Shown piece after piece: positions 30,001-42,284 of a stretch of DNA of 64,000 bases. A model generated the notes under the pieces. It made no database searches and was not told the DNA's origin. It saw only the letters and a program-made list of their open reading frames with translations. This DNA is from Eledone cirrhosa (lineage: Eukaryota), in NCBI GenBank assembly GCA_964016885.1, contig OZ024742.1, positions 371,876,001 through 371,940,000 of the forward strand, read 5' to 3'. Position numbers and translations under genes: made by a program. Positions within the stretch are counted from its first letter, which is position 1; the number at the start of each line of letters is the position of its first letter.

Positions 30001-33000
30001 CATTGGTTAGTGTGTTGGACTTGACAATTACAAGGTTGTGGGTTCAATTTCTAGACCAGACAGCATGGCCCATTGGTTAGTGTGTTGGACTTAACAATTA
30101 CAAGGGTGTGGGTTCTATTTCTAGACCAGACAGCATGGCCCATTGGTTAGTGTGTTGGACTTGACAATTACAAGGTTGTGGGTTAAATTTCTAGACCAGA
30201 CAGTATGGCCCATTGGTTAGTGTGTTGGACTTGACAATTACAAGGTTGTGGGTTCAATTTCTAGACCAGACAACATGGTCCATTGGTTAGTGTGTTGGAC
30301 TTGACAATTACAAGGTTGTGGGTTCAATTTCTAGACCAGACAGCATGGCCCATTGGTTAGTGTGTTGGACTTAACAATTACAAGGGTGTGGATTCTATTT
30401 CTAGACCAGACAGCATGGCCCATTGGTTAGTGTGTTGGACTTGACAATTACAAGGTTGTGTGTTAAATTTCTAGACCAGACAGTATGGCCCATTGGTTAG
30501 TGTGTTGGACTTGACAATTACAAGGTTGTGGATTCAATTTCTAGACCAGACAGCATGGCCCATTGGTTAGTGTGTTGGACTTGACAATTACAAGGTTGTG
30601 GATTCAATTTCTAGACCAGACAGTATGGCCCATTGGTTAGTGTGTTGGACTTGACAATTACAAGGTTGTGGGTTAAATTTCTAGACCAGACAGCATGGCC
30701 CATTGGTTAGTGTGTTGGACTTGATAATTACAAGGTTGTGGATTCAATTTCTAGACCAGACAGTATGGCCCATTGGTTAGTGTGTTGGACTTGACAATTA
30801 CAAGGTTGTGGGTTCAATTTCTAGACCAGACAGCATGGTCCATTGGTTAGTGTGTTGGACTTGACAATTACAAGGTTGTGGGTTCAATTTCTAGACCAGA
30901 CAGCATGGCCCATTGGTTAGTGTGTTGGACTTGACATTTACAAGGTTGTGGGTTCAATTTCTAGACCAGACAGTATGGCCCATTGGTTAGTGTGTTGGAC
31001 TTGACAATTGCAAGGTTGTGGGTTCAATTTCTAGACCAGACAGCATGGCCCATTGGTTAGTGTGTTGGACTTGACAATTACAAGGTTGTGGGTTCAATTT
31101 CTAGACCAGACAGCATGGTCCATTGGTTAGTGTGTTGGACTTGACAATTACAAGGTTGTGGGTTCAATTTCTAGACCAGACAGCATGGCCCATTGGTTAG
31201 TGTGTTGGACTTGACAATTGCAAGGTTGTGGGTTCAATTTCTAGACCAGACAGCATGGCCCATTGGTTAGTGTGTTGGACTTAACAATTACAAGGTTGTG
31301 GGTTCAATTTCTAGACCAGACAGCATGGCCCATTGGTTAGTGTGTTGGACTTGACAATTACAAGGTTGTGGGTTAAATTTCTAGACTAGACAGTATGGCC
31401 CATTGGTTAGTGTGTTGGACTTGACAATTACAAGGTTGTGGGTTCAATTTCTAGACCAGACAGCATGGCCCATTGGTTAGTGTGTTGGACTTGACAATTA
31501 CAAGGTTGTGGATTCAATTTCTAGACCAGACAGTATGGCCCATTGGTTAGTGTGTTGGACTTGACAATTACAAGGTTATGGGTTCAATTTCTAGACCAGA
31601 CAGCATGGCCCATTGGTTAGTGTGTTGGACTTGACAATTACAAGGTCGTGAGTTGAATTTCTAGACCAGACAGCATGGCCCATTGGTTAGTGTGTTGGAC
31701 TTGACAATTACAGGGTTGTGGGTTCAATTTCTAGACCAGACAGCATGGCCCATTGGTTAGTGTGTTGGACTTGACAATTACAAGGTTGTGGATTCAATTT
31801 CTAGACCAGACAGTATGGCCCATTGGTTAGTGTGTTGGACTTGACAATTACAAGGTTATGGGTTCAATTTCTAGACCAGACAGCATGGCCCATTGGTTAG
31901 TGTGTTGGACCTGACAATTACAAGGTTGTGGGTTCAATTTCTAGACCAGACAGCATGGCCCATTGGTTAGTGTGTTCGACTTGACAATTACAAGGTTGTG
32001 GGTTCAATTTCTAGACCAGACAGCATGGTCCATTGGTTAGTGTGTTGGACTTGACAATTACAAGGTTGTGGGTTCAATTTCTAGACCAGACAGCATGGCC
32101 CATTGGTTAGTGTGTTGGACTTAACAATTACAAGGTTGTGGGTTCAATTTCTAGACCAGACAGCATGGCCCATTAATTAGTGTGTTGGACTTGACAATTA
32201 CAAGGTTGTGGGTTAAATTTCTAGACCAGACAGTATGGCCCATTGGTTAGTGTGTTGGACTTGACAATTACAAGGTTGTGGGTTCAATTTCTAAACCAGA
32301 CAGCATGGCCCATTGGTTAGTGTGTTGGACTTGACAATTACAAGTTTGTGGATTCAATTTCTAGACCAGACAGTATGGCCTATTGGTTAGTGTGTTGGAC
32401 TTGACAATTACAAGGTTATGGGTTCAATTTCTAGACCAGACAGCATGGCCCATTGGTTAGTGTGTTGGACTTGACAATTACAAGGTCGTGAGTTGAATTT
32501 CTAGACCAGACAGCATGGCCCATTGGTTAGTGTGTTGGACTTGACAATTACAAGGTTGTGGGTTTAATTTCTAGACCAGACAGCATGGCCCATTGGTTAG
32601 TGTGTTGGACTTGACATTTACAAGGTTGTGGGTTCAATTTCTAGACCAGACAGCATGGCCCATTGGTTAGTGTGTTGGACTTGACAATTACAAGGTTGTG
32701 GGTTCAATTTCTAGACCAGACAGCATGGCCCATTGGTTAGTGTGTTGGACTTGACAATTACAAGGTTGTGGATTCAATTTCTAGACCAGACAGTATGGCC
32801 CATTGGTTAGTGTGTTGGACTTGACAATTACAAGGTTATGGGTTCAATTTCTAGACCAGACAGCATGGCCCATTGGTTAGTGTGTTGGACTTGACAATTA
32901 CAAGGTCGTGAGTTGAATTTCTAGACCAGACAGCATGGCCCATTGGTTAGTGTGTTGGACTTGCCAATTACAGGGTTGTGGGTTCAATTTCTAGACCAGA

Positions 33001-36000
33001 CAGCATGGCCCATTGGTTAGTGTGTTGGACTTGACAATTACAAGGTTGTGGGTTCAATTTCTAGACCAGACAGCATGGCCCATTGGTTAGTGTGTTCGAC
33101 TTGACAATTACAAGGTTGTGGGTTCAATTTCTAGACCAGACAGCATGGTCCATTGGTTAGTGTGTTGGACTTGACAATTACAAGGTTGTGGGTTCAATTT
33201 CTAGACCAGACAGCATGGCCCATTGGTTAGTGTGTTGGACTTAACAATTACAAGGGTGTGGGTTCTATTTCTAGACCAGACAGCATGGCCCATTGGTTAG
33301 TGTGTTGGACTTGACAATTACAAGGTTGTGGGTTAAATTTCTAGACCAGACAGTATGGCCCATTGGTTAGTGTGTTGGACTTGACAATTACAAGGTTGTG
33401 GGTTCAATTTCTAGACCAGACAACATGGTCCATTGGTTAGTGTGTTGGACTTGACAATTACAAGGTTGTGGGTTCAATTTCTAGACCAGACAGCATGGCC
33501 CATTGGTTAGTGTGTTGGACTTAACAATTACAAGGGTGTGGATTCTATTTCTAGACCAGACAGCATGGCCCATTGGTTAGTGTGTTGGACTTGACAATTA
33601 CAAGGTTGTGTGTTAAATTTCTAGACCAGACAGTATGGCCCATTGGTTAGTGTGTTGGACTTGACAATTACAAGGTTGTGGATTCAATTTCTAGACCAGA
33701 CAGCATGGCCCATTGGTTAGTGTGTTGGACTTGACAATTACAAGGTTGTGGATTCAATTTCTAGACCAGACAGTATGGCCCATTGGTTAGTGTGTTGGAC
33801 TTGACAATTACAAGGTTGTGGGTTAAATTTCTAGACCAGACAGCATGGCCCATTGGTTAGTGTGTTGGACTTGATAATTACAAGGTTGTGGATTCAATTT
33901 CTAGACCAGACAGTATGGCCCATTGGTTAGTGTGTTGGACTTGACAATTACAAGGTTGTGGATTCAATTTCTAGACCAGACAGCATGGCCCATTGGTTAG
34001 TGTGTTGGACTTGACAATTACAAGGTTGTGGGTTAAATTTCTAGACCAGCCAGTATGGCCCATTGGTTAGTGTGTTGGACTTGACAATTACAAGGTTGTG
34101 GGTTCAATTTCTAGACCAGACAGCATGGCCCATTGGTTAGTGTGTTGGACTTGATAATTACAAGGTTGTGGATTCAATTTCTAGACCAGACAGTATGGCC
34201 CATTGGTTAGTGTGTTGGACTTGACAATTACAAGGTTATGGGTTCAATTTCTAGAGCAGACAGCATGGCTCATTGGTTGGTGTGTTGGACTTGACAATTA
34301 CAAGGTCGTGAGTTGAATTTCTAGACCAGACAGCATGGCCCATTGGTTAGTATGTTGGACTTGACAATTACAGGGTTGTGGGTTTAATTTCTAGACCAGA
34401 CAGCATGGCCCATTGGTTAGTGTGTTGGACTTGACAATTACAAGGTTGTGGGTTCAATTTCTAGACCAGACAGCATGGTCCATTGGTTAGTGTGTTGGAC
34501 TTGACAATTACAAGGTTGTGGGTTCAATTTCTAGACCAGACAGCATGGCCCATTGGTTAGTGTGTTGGACTTAACAATTACAAGGTTGTGGGTTCAATTT
34601 CTAGACCAGACAGCATGGCCCATTGGTTAGTGTGTTGGACTTGACAATTACAAGGTTGTGGGTTAAATTTCTAGACCAGACAGTATGGCCCATTGGTTAG
34701 TGTGTTGGACTTGACAATTACAAGGTCGTGAGTTGAATTTCTAGACCAGACAGCATGGCCCATTGGTTAGTGTGTTGGACTTGACATTTACAAGGTTGTG
34801 GGTTCAATTTCTAGACCAGACAGCATGGCCCATTGGTTAGTGTGTTGGACTTGACAATTACAAGGTTGTGGGTTCAATTTCTAGACCAGACAGCATGGCC
34901 CATTGGTTAGTGTGTTGGACTTGACAATTACAAGGTTGTGGATTCAATTTCTAGACCAGACAGCATGGCCCATTGGTTAGTGTGTTCGACTTGACAATTA
35001 CAAGGTTGTGGGTTCAATTTCTAGACCAGACAGCATGGCCCATTGGTTAGTGTGTTGGACTTGACAATTACAAGGTTGTGGATTCAATTTCTAGACCAGA
35101 CAGCATGGCCCATTGGTTAGTGTGTTGGACTTGACAATTACAAGGTTGTGGGTTAAATTTCTAGACCAGACAGCATGGCCCATTGGTTAGTGTGTTGGAC
35201 TTGACAATTACAGGGTTGTGGGTTCAATTTCTAGACCAGACAGCATGGCCCATTGGTTAGTGTGTTGGACTTGACAATTACAAGGTTGTGGATTCAATTT
35301 CTAGACCAGACAGCATGGCCCATATGTTAGTGTGTTGGACTTGACAATTACAAGGTTGTGGGTTCAATTTCTAGACCAGACAGCATGGCCCATTGGTTAG
35401 TGTGTTGGACTTGACAATTACAAGGTTGTGGGTTCAATTTCTAGACCAGACAGCATGGTCCATTGGTTAGTGTGTTGGACTTGACAATTACAAGGTTGTG
35501 GGTTCAATTTCTAGACCAGACAGCATGGCCCATTGGTTAGTGTGTTGGACTTGACATTTACAAGGTTGTGGGTTCAATTTCTAGACCAGACAGTATGGCC
35601 CATTGGTTAGTGTGTTGGACTTGACAATTGCAAGGTTGTGGGTTCAATTTCTAGACCAGACAGCATGGCCTATTGGTTAGTGTGTTGGACTTGACAATTA
35701 CAAGGTTGTGGGTTCAATTTCTAGACCAGACAGCATGGTCCATTGGTTAGTGTGTTGGACTTGACAATTACAAGGTTGTGGGTTCAATTTCTAGACCAGA
35801 CAGCATGGCCCATTGGTTAGTGTGTTGGACTTGACAATTGCAAGGTTGTGGGTTCAATTTCTAGACCAGACAGCATGGCCCATTGGTTAGTGTGTTGGAC
35901 TTAACAATTACAAGGTTGTGGGTTCAATTTCTAGACCAGACAGCATGGCCCATTGGTTAGTGTGTTGGACTTGACAATTACAAGGTTGTGGGTTAAATTT

Positions 36001-37269
36001 CTAGACCAGACAGTATGGCCCATTGGTTAGTGTGTTGGACTTGACAATTACAAGGTTGTGGGTTCAATTTCTAGACCAGACAGCATGGCCCATTGGTTAG
36101 TGTGTTGGACTTGACAATTACAAGGTTGTGGATTCAATTTCTAGACCAGACTGTATGGCCCATTGGTTAGTGTGTTGGACTTGACAATTACAAGGTTATG
36201 GGTTCAATTTCTAGACCAGACAGCATGGCCCATTGGTTAGTGTGTTGGACTTGACAATTACAAGGTCGTGAGTTGAATTTCTAGACCAGACAGCATGGCC
36301 CATTGGTTAGTGTGTTGGACTTGACAATTACAGGGTTGTGGGTTCAATTTCTAGACCAGACAGCATGGCCCATTGGTTAGTGTGTTGGACTTGACAATTA
36401 CAAGGTTGTGGATTCAATTTCTAGACCAGACAGTATGGCCCATTGGTTAGTGTGTTGGACTTGACAATTACAAGGTTATGGGTTCAATTTCTAGACCAGA
36501 CAGCATGGCCCATTGGTTAGTGTGTTGGACCTGACAATTACAAGGTTGTGGGTTCAATTTCTAGACCAGACAGCAAGGCCCATTGGTTAGTGTGTTGGAC
36601 TTGACAATTACAAGGTTGTGGGTTCTATTTCTAGACCAGACAGCATTGTCCATTGGTTAGTGTGTTGGACTTGACAATTACAAGGTTGTGGGTTCAATTT
36701 CTAGACCAGACAGTATGGCCCATTGGTTAGTGTGTTGGACTTGACAATTACAAGGGTGTGGGTTCAATTTCTAGACCAGACAGCAAGGCCCATTGGTTAG
36801 TGTGTTGGACTTGACAATTACAAGGTTGTGGGTTCTATTTCTAGACCAGACAGTATGGCCCATTGGTTAGTGTGTTGGACTTGACAATTACAAGGTTGTG
36901 GGTTCAATTTCTAGACCAGACAGCAAGGCCCATTGGTTAGTGTGTTGGACTTGACAATTACAAGGTTGTGGGTTCTATTTCTAGACCAGACAGTATGGCC
37001 CAGTGGTTAGTGTGTTGGACTTGACAATTACAAGGTCGTGGGTTCAATTTCTAGACCAGACAGTATGGCCCATTGGTTAGTGTGTTGGACTTGACAATTA
37101 CAAGGTTGTGGGTTCAATTTCTAGACCAGACAGTATGGCCCATTGGTTAGTGTGTTGGACTTGACAATTACAAGGTTGTGGGTTCAATTTCTAGACCAGA
37201 CAGCATGGCCCATTGGTTAGTGTGTTGGACTTGACAATTGCAAGGTTGTGTGTTCAATTTCTAGACCAG
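1..37269 (+). repeat. 70-bp tandem satellite (~530 copies, continues past window start) made of a tRNA-derived SINE head
   Basis: Unit AGCATGGCCCATTGGTTAGTGTGTTGGACTTGACAATTACAAGGTTGTGGGTTCAATTTCTAGACCAGAC, with scattered substitutions and only one indel seen (~18604). Contains A-box-like TGGCCCATTGG and B-box-like GGTTCAATTTC. Homologous to SINE heads at 52631 and 56818. Confidence 0.97.
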
Positions 37270-37828
37270 GCAACATGTTGTGTTCTTGAGCAAAATACTT
37301 CATTTCATTTTTGATAAGACTGGGATCTGTTATGATTAAAACACCCAACAAACCTCTTATGAGACCAGCTAAATCTGCATTATTTTGGTGCTGACTTGGT
37401 CTGTGATGACTTGTCTAACCCAGTACATGCTGTAAAGTAGTTGGTGATAGGAAGAGCACCCAACCTTAGAAAGCTCACCAAACAAAAAGTCAGGATGACC
37501 CTTCAGTCCTGACATGACAGCCTCCCCAGTGTTGGTAATATACACTATAAATTCACCCAGTACATGCTGTAAAGTGATTGGTGATGGCAAGGGCATCCAG
37601 CTATAGACAGCTTTGCAAAACAAAGTGTTGGGAGGACCCTTTAGTTGTGTCAAAGACATTACAATCTCTCCGGAGCACTCAGTAGAACATGAGACCATAC
37701 ATAAGCAATTTTCAGATCCCTGACCTGTCAGGGAGATCAATGGCCTCGTTTCACTACTGATTTGGTCCACATAGACCTGTCTAATGTTTGCTAGGAAAAG
37801 TGGACGTTAAAACGACGATGATGATGAT
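37200..37828 (+). mobile_element. Degraded tRNA-derived SINE (family A) whose head is the last satellite unit
   Basis: The last unit continues into ATGTTGTGTTCTTGAGCAAAATACTTCATTTCA, matching GTGTTGTTTCCTTGAGCAAGACACTTTATTTCA in the SINE at 52631. Further on are AAGGGCATCCAGCT and the tail GGAAAAGTGGACGTTAAAACGACGATGATGATGAT. Confidence 0.7.
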
Positions 37829-38278
37829 ATTTATTCTATTGATTATCATGATAGAATATATCAGTACACTCTGAATAGATGACAGTGGCATAGGTTGGGT
37901 GCTGATGTTATCCAACCATCTTGCTTGGGGTCTAGCTCTGGGTCTCATACCGGTTAGTTTTGCCCATAAAATCTGTCCAGTAATTCTTTCCTAGACATTC
38001 TAACCACATTCCTGTAGTATCATGGCTGTGATCTCTCAATTCTTTGAAATTACATTTAAATTTAAACCTAATTTCGAAGCAAATAAACCGGAATGTTTTT
38101 CTCTGAGAGTTCCCTATCTCTGACGAAGGGAATTTTAAGTCTAGAAATTTTAGGATGTAAAAAACCCAAAGATTACCAGGTAACTAACTTTTCATTGCCT
38201 TTATCTTTCCATCCATTTTGCGTTGTTTAGCCTTCTTACATCACTTTCCACATTATATATTTTATCTATTTTAATCAG

Positions 38279-38705
38279 ACAATTGCGGAAGTGGATCAGT
38301 AACAGAAAACAACAAAACCTTGAGTTGAAAACTGGGATCCTTGGTCCAGTCCCCAATGGTAACTCTGTGGTAACAATTCCAGTCGGTGGTAACTGCCGCC
38401 AGTTGACAGACAAACAGAGGTTGAAACAACAGCAGTTATACAACCAGAAACTGTTCAACGATTTCCAGGAGTATCAGAAAATGAGAGACAACAAAACCAG
38501 TACTGGTCAGGTTTCAGTCACTAACAGTGGTGTTGGTGTTGTTGTTGTTGGCAGTGGTGCTGGTGGTGGTGTTGGTGGCAAGCTGTTGATGTCTGCAGGT
38601 AATGGAGACACCAATCACTTGCTAACTGAGATGTGCAACAGTAAATACCAGAGGAATCGGTACCAGCAAACAGCCTCACCAAAGCAACATTATAAGAAAA
38701 TACTT
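38279..38705 (+). CDS. Probable internal coding exon of an unidentified host gene (Gln/Asn/Gly-rich, low complexity)
   Basis: Open frame QLRKWISNRKQQNLELKTG...PKQHYKKIL, bounded by a T-rich acceptor TTTTAATCAG (AG 38277-38278) and a donor GTAAGC at 38706. Unique, non-repeat sequence. No domain recognised. Confidence 0.55.
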
Positions 38706-38844
38706 GTAAGCTTAATTTCATTATTTATTTTTCTTTTGGTACCCCCCCACCCCACCCACATGATATCAATAATGACCGGAATAGTATTGAACTTAAACCT
38801 CTCCACATTTCACTTATTTCTCTGTCTAGATATTTATATTTAGA

Positions 38845-39334
38845 CATCATCATCATTTCATTTTACGTCCGCTTTTTCCCTGCTTGCAAGGGTGAGATGG
38901 GAACTGATTCTGGCTTGATTTCTACAGCTGGATACCCTTCCTAACACCAACCTCATTTACAGTGAGTGCTGGGTGCTTTTTTGCCGTGGCACCTCCATGT
39001 CCACTTTACAGTGTGGGCTGGGTGCTTTTTTGCTGTGACACCGCCACGACCACTTTACAGTGAGTGCTGGGTACTTTTTTTCCGTGGCACCTCCACATCC
39101 ACTTTGCAATGTGGGCTGGGTGCTTTTTTGCCGGGGAACCTCCACGACCACTTTGCAATGGAATGATAGGGACCCCAGTCTCTATCATCTCATTTCTACA
39201 GCTGAGTAAACTGGAGTATTGTGAAATAAAGTGTCTTGCTCAAGGAAACAACACATCACCCGGTCCGAAAATTGAACTCACAACCCTTTCAATTGCAAGG
39301 CCAATGCTCTAACCACTGAGCCATGGGCCTCCAT
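38845..39334 (-). mobile_element. Full-length family-A SINE with (ATG)n tail and expanded internal repeat
   Basis: The reverse complement aligns end to end with the SINE at 52631-52967: head ATGGAGGC.CATGGCTCAGTGGTTAGAGCATTGG, B-box GAGTTCAATTTTC, tail AAGCGGACGTAAAATGAAATGATGATG. Confidence 0.9.
38956..39160. repeat. ~49-bp internal SINE minisatellite, ~4 copies
   Basis: Repeats of CCACTTTACAGTGWGKGCTGGGTGCTTTTTTGCCGTGGCACCTCCACGA. The SINE at 52631 has about one copy. Confidence 0.85.
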
Positions 39335-41560
39335 CTAACCACTAGGCCATGGCCATGTGCCTCCATCTAACCACTAAGCCATGTGCCTCCATCTAACCAC
39401 TAAGCCATCTGCCTCCATCTAACCACTGAGCCATGTGCCTTCATCTAACCACTAAGCCATGGGCCTCCATCTAACCACTGAGCCATGTGCCTCCATCTAA
39501 CCACTAGGCCATGGCCATGTGCCTCCATCTAACCACTAAGCCATGTGCCTCCATCTAACCACAGAGCCATGTACCTCCATCTAACTACTGAGCCATGTAC
39601 CTCCATCTAACCACTAAGCCATGTGCCTCCATCTAACCACTGAGCCATGTACCTCCATCTAACCACTGAGCCATGTGCCTCCATCTAACCACTGAGCCAT
39701 GGGCCTCCATCTAACCACTGAGCCATGTGCCTCCATCTAACCACTGAGCCATGTACCTCCATCTAACCACTGAGCCATGTGCCTCCATCTAACCACTGAG
39801 CCATGTGCCTCCATCTAACCACTGAGCCATGTGCCTCCATCTAACCACTAAGCCATGTGCCTCCATCTAACCACTGAGCCATGTGCCTCCATCTAACCAC
39901 TGAGCCATGTACCTCCATCTAACCACTGAGCCATGTGCCTCCATCTAACCACTGAGCCATGTGCCTCCATCTAACCACTGAGCCATGTACCTCCATCTAA
40001 CTACTGAGCCATGTACCTCCATCTAACCACTGAGCCATGTGCCTCCATCTAACCACTGAGCCATGTGCCTCCATTTAACCACTGAGCCATGTGCCTCCAT
40101 CTAACCACTAAGCCATGTGCCTCCATCTAACCACTGAGCCATGTGCCTCCATCTAACCACTGAGCCATGTGCCTCCATCTAACCACTAAGCCATGTGCCT
40201 CCATCTAACCACTAAGCCATGTACCTCCATCTAACCACTAAGCCATGTGCCTCCATCTAACCACTGAGCCATGGGCCTCCATCTAACCACTAAGCCATGT
40301 GTCTCCATCAAACCACTGAGCCATGTACCTCCATCTAACCACTAAGCCATCTGCCTCCATCTAACCACTAAGCCATGTGTCTCCATCTAACCACTAAGCC
40401 ATGGGCCTCCATCTAACCACTGAGCCATGGGCCTCCATCTAACCACTAAGCCATGGGCCTCCATCTAACCACTGAGCCATGGGCCTCCATCTAACCACTA
40501 AGCCATGTGTCTCCATCTAACCACTAAGCCATGTGCCTCCATCTAACCACTAAGCCATGTGTCTCCATCTAACCACTAAGCCATGTGCCTCCATCTAACC
40601 ACTAAGCCATGGGCCTCCATCTAACCACTGAGCCATGTGCCTTCATCTAACCACTGAGCCATGTGCCTCCATCTAACCACTAAGCCATCATCATCATCAT
40701 CATCAACCACTGAGCCATGTACCTCCATCTAACCACTAAGCCATGTGCCTCCATCTAACCACTAAGCCATGTGCCTCCATCTAACCACTAAGCCATGTGC
40801 CTCCATCTAACCACTAAGCCATGTGCCTCCATCTAACCACTGAGCCATGTGCCTCCATCTAACCACTGAGCCGTGTACCTCCATCTAACCACTGAGCCAT
40901 GTACCTCCATCTAACCACTGAGCCATGTGCCTCCATCTAACCACTGAGCCATGTGCCTCCATCTAACCACTAAGCCATGTACCTCCATCTAACCACTGAG
41001 CCATGTGCCTCCATCTAACCACTGAGCCATGTGCCTCCATCTAACCACTGAGCCGTGTACCTCCATCTAACCACTGAGCCATGTACCTCCATCTAACCAC
41101 TGAGCCATGTACCTCCATATAACCACTAAGCCATGTACCTCCATCTAACCACTGAGCCATGTACCTCCATCTAACCACTGAGCCATGTGCCTCCATCTAA
41201 CCACTGAGCCATGTACCTCCATATAACCACTGAGCCATGTACCTCCATCTAACCACTGAGCCATGTACCTCCATCTAACCACTGAGCCATGCACCTCCAT
41301 ATAACCATTAAGCCATGTACCTCCATCTAACCACTAAACCATGTACCTCCATCTAACCACTAAACCATGTACCTCCATCTAACCACTGAGCCATGTACCT
41401 CCATCTAACCACTAAGCCATGTACCTCCATCTAACCACTAAGCCATGTACCTCCATCTAACCACTAAACCATGTACCTCCATCTAACCACTGAGCCATGT
41501 ACCTCCATCTAACCACTAAACCATGTACCTCCATCTAACCACTGAGCCATGTGCCTCCAT
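39309..41560 (-). repeat. 26-bp tandem array (~86 copies) of the SINE 5' terminus/A-box
   Basis: Unit CTAACCACTGAGCCATGTGCCTCCAT. Its reverse complement ATGGAGGCACATGGCTCAGTGGTTAG matches the first 26 nt of the SINE at 52631, and the array is contiguous with the SINE at 38845-39334. Confidence 0.95.
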
Positions 41561-41619
41561 TTCTCCATTTCATTCAGAGATACATTTTGTTTCTGGGGAC
41601 TGATATGTCAGTTCAAAGG

Positions 41620-41860
41620 CCTCCTTCCTCTCCCTCCTCTTCCCTCTCCTCTTTCTCTTCTTTCTCTCCTCTTTCTCTTCCCTCTCTCCTCTTTCTCTTC
41701 CCTCTTTCCTCTTTCTCTTCCCTCTCCTCTTTTTCCACTTCCTTCTCTTTCTCCCCTTCCTCTTCTCTCCTCTTTCTCTTCCCTCTTCTCTTTTTCCTCT
41801 TCTTTCTCTTTCTCCTCTTCCCTCTTCCCTCTCCTCCTCTTTCTCACCTTCCTCCTCCTT
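41620..41860. repeat. Polypyrimidine (CT-rich) low-complexity tract
   Basis: About 240 nt of almost pure C/T. Confidence 0.9.
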
Positions 41861-42072
41861 ATTACAGGTGGACTCTTGCCATCAATAATGAATGTATTCA
41901 ATGTTTGATTACCAGGGTTGGTTAACCCTACCAGGATGACAATTGTACAAACTGGGAAATCATAAATTAATGATATACATAAGAGAAACCCTATAGTTTA
42001 TGTTCATAGTTGACATATGGAAGTGATTAAAGATAAGAATGATATTTAAAAAATGTTATCAACCCTAATAAT

Positions 42073-42260
42073 TGTTCCTACTATTGGCACAAGGCCAGCA
42101 ATTACCCAGTACATTACTCGTACTTTATTTTATCGACCCCGTAAGGATGAAAGGCAAAGTTAACCTCGGCGGGATTTGAACTCAGAATGGCAAGGGCCGT
42201 AACTCTATACGTCAAAAGCAAGGCGTCCGGCCCTCTACCGATACTGCCAATTCACCGCCC
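42073..42260 (-). mobile_element. Full-length tRNA-derived SINE (family B) with 17-bp target-site duplication
   Basis: Minus strand reads GGGCGGTGAATTGGCAG...GAGTTCAAATCCCGCCGAGGTTAACTTTGCCTTTCATCCTTACGGGGTCGATAAAATAAAGTAC...AACAATT. TSD TTATCAACCCTAATAAT at 42056-42072 and 42261-42277. Confidence 0.9.
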
Positions 42261-42284
42261 TTATCAACCCTAATAATACAGGTG

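Noticed and set aside
1-37269. Array of genuine tRNA genes (e.g. anticodon TGA)
   Set aside because: No complementary acceptor stem, poor anticodon stem, no terminators, and direct continuity into a SINE body.
38223-38843. Single-exon 206-aa membrane protein
   Set aside because: The hydrophobic ends translate T-rich intron-like flanks outside the splice sites, and the start codon is TTG.
39309-41560. Telomere-like repeat (CTAACC/GGTTAG)
   Set aside because: The motif is the tRNA D-loop of the SINE head, not tandem TTAGG(G).
41549-41925. Leu/Ser/Phe-rich and Arg/Glu-rich ORFs
   Set aside because: Artefacts of the polypyrimidine tract.
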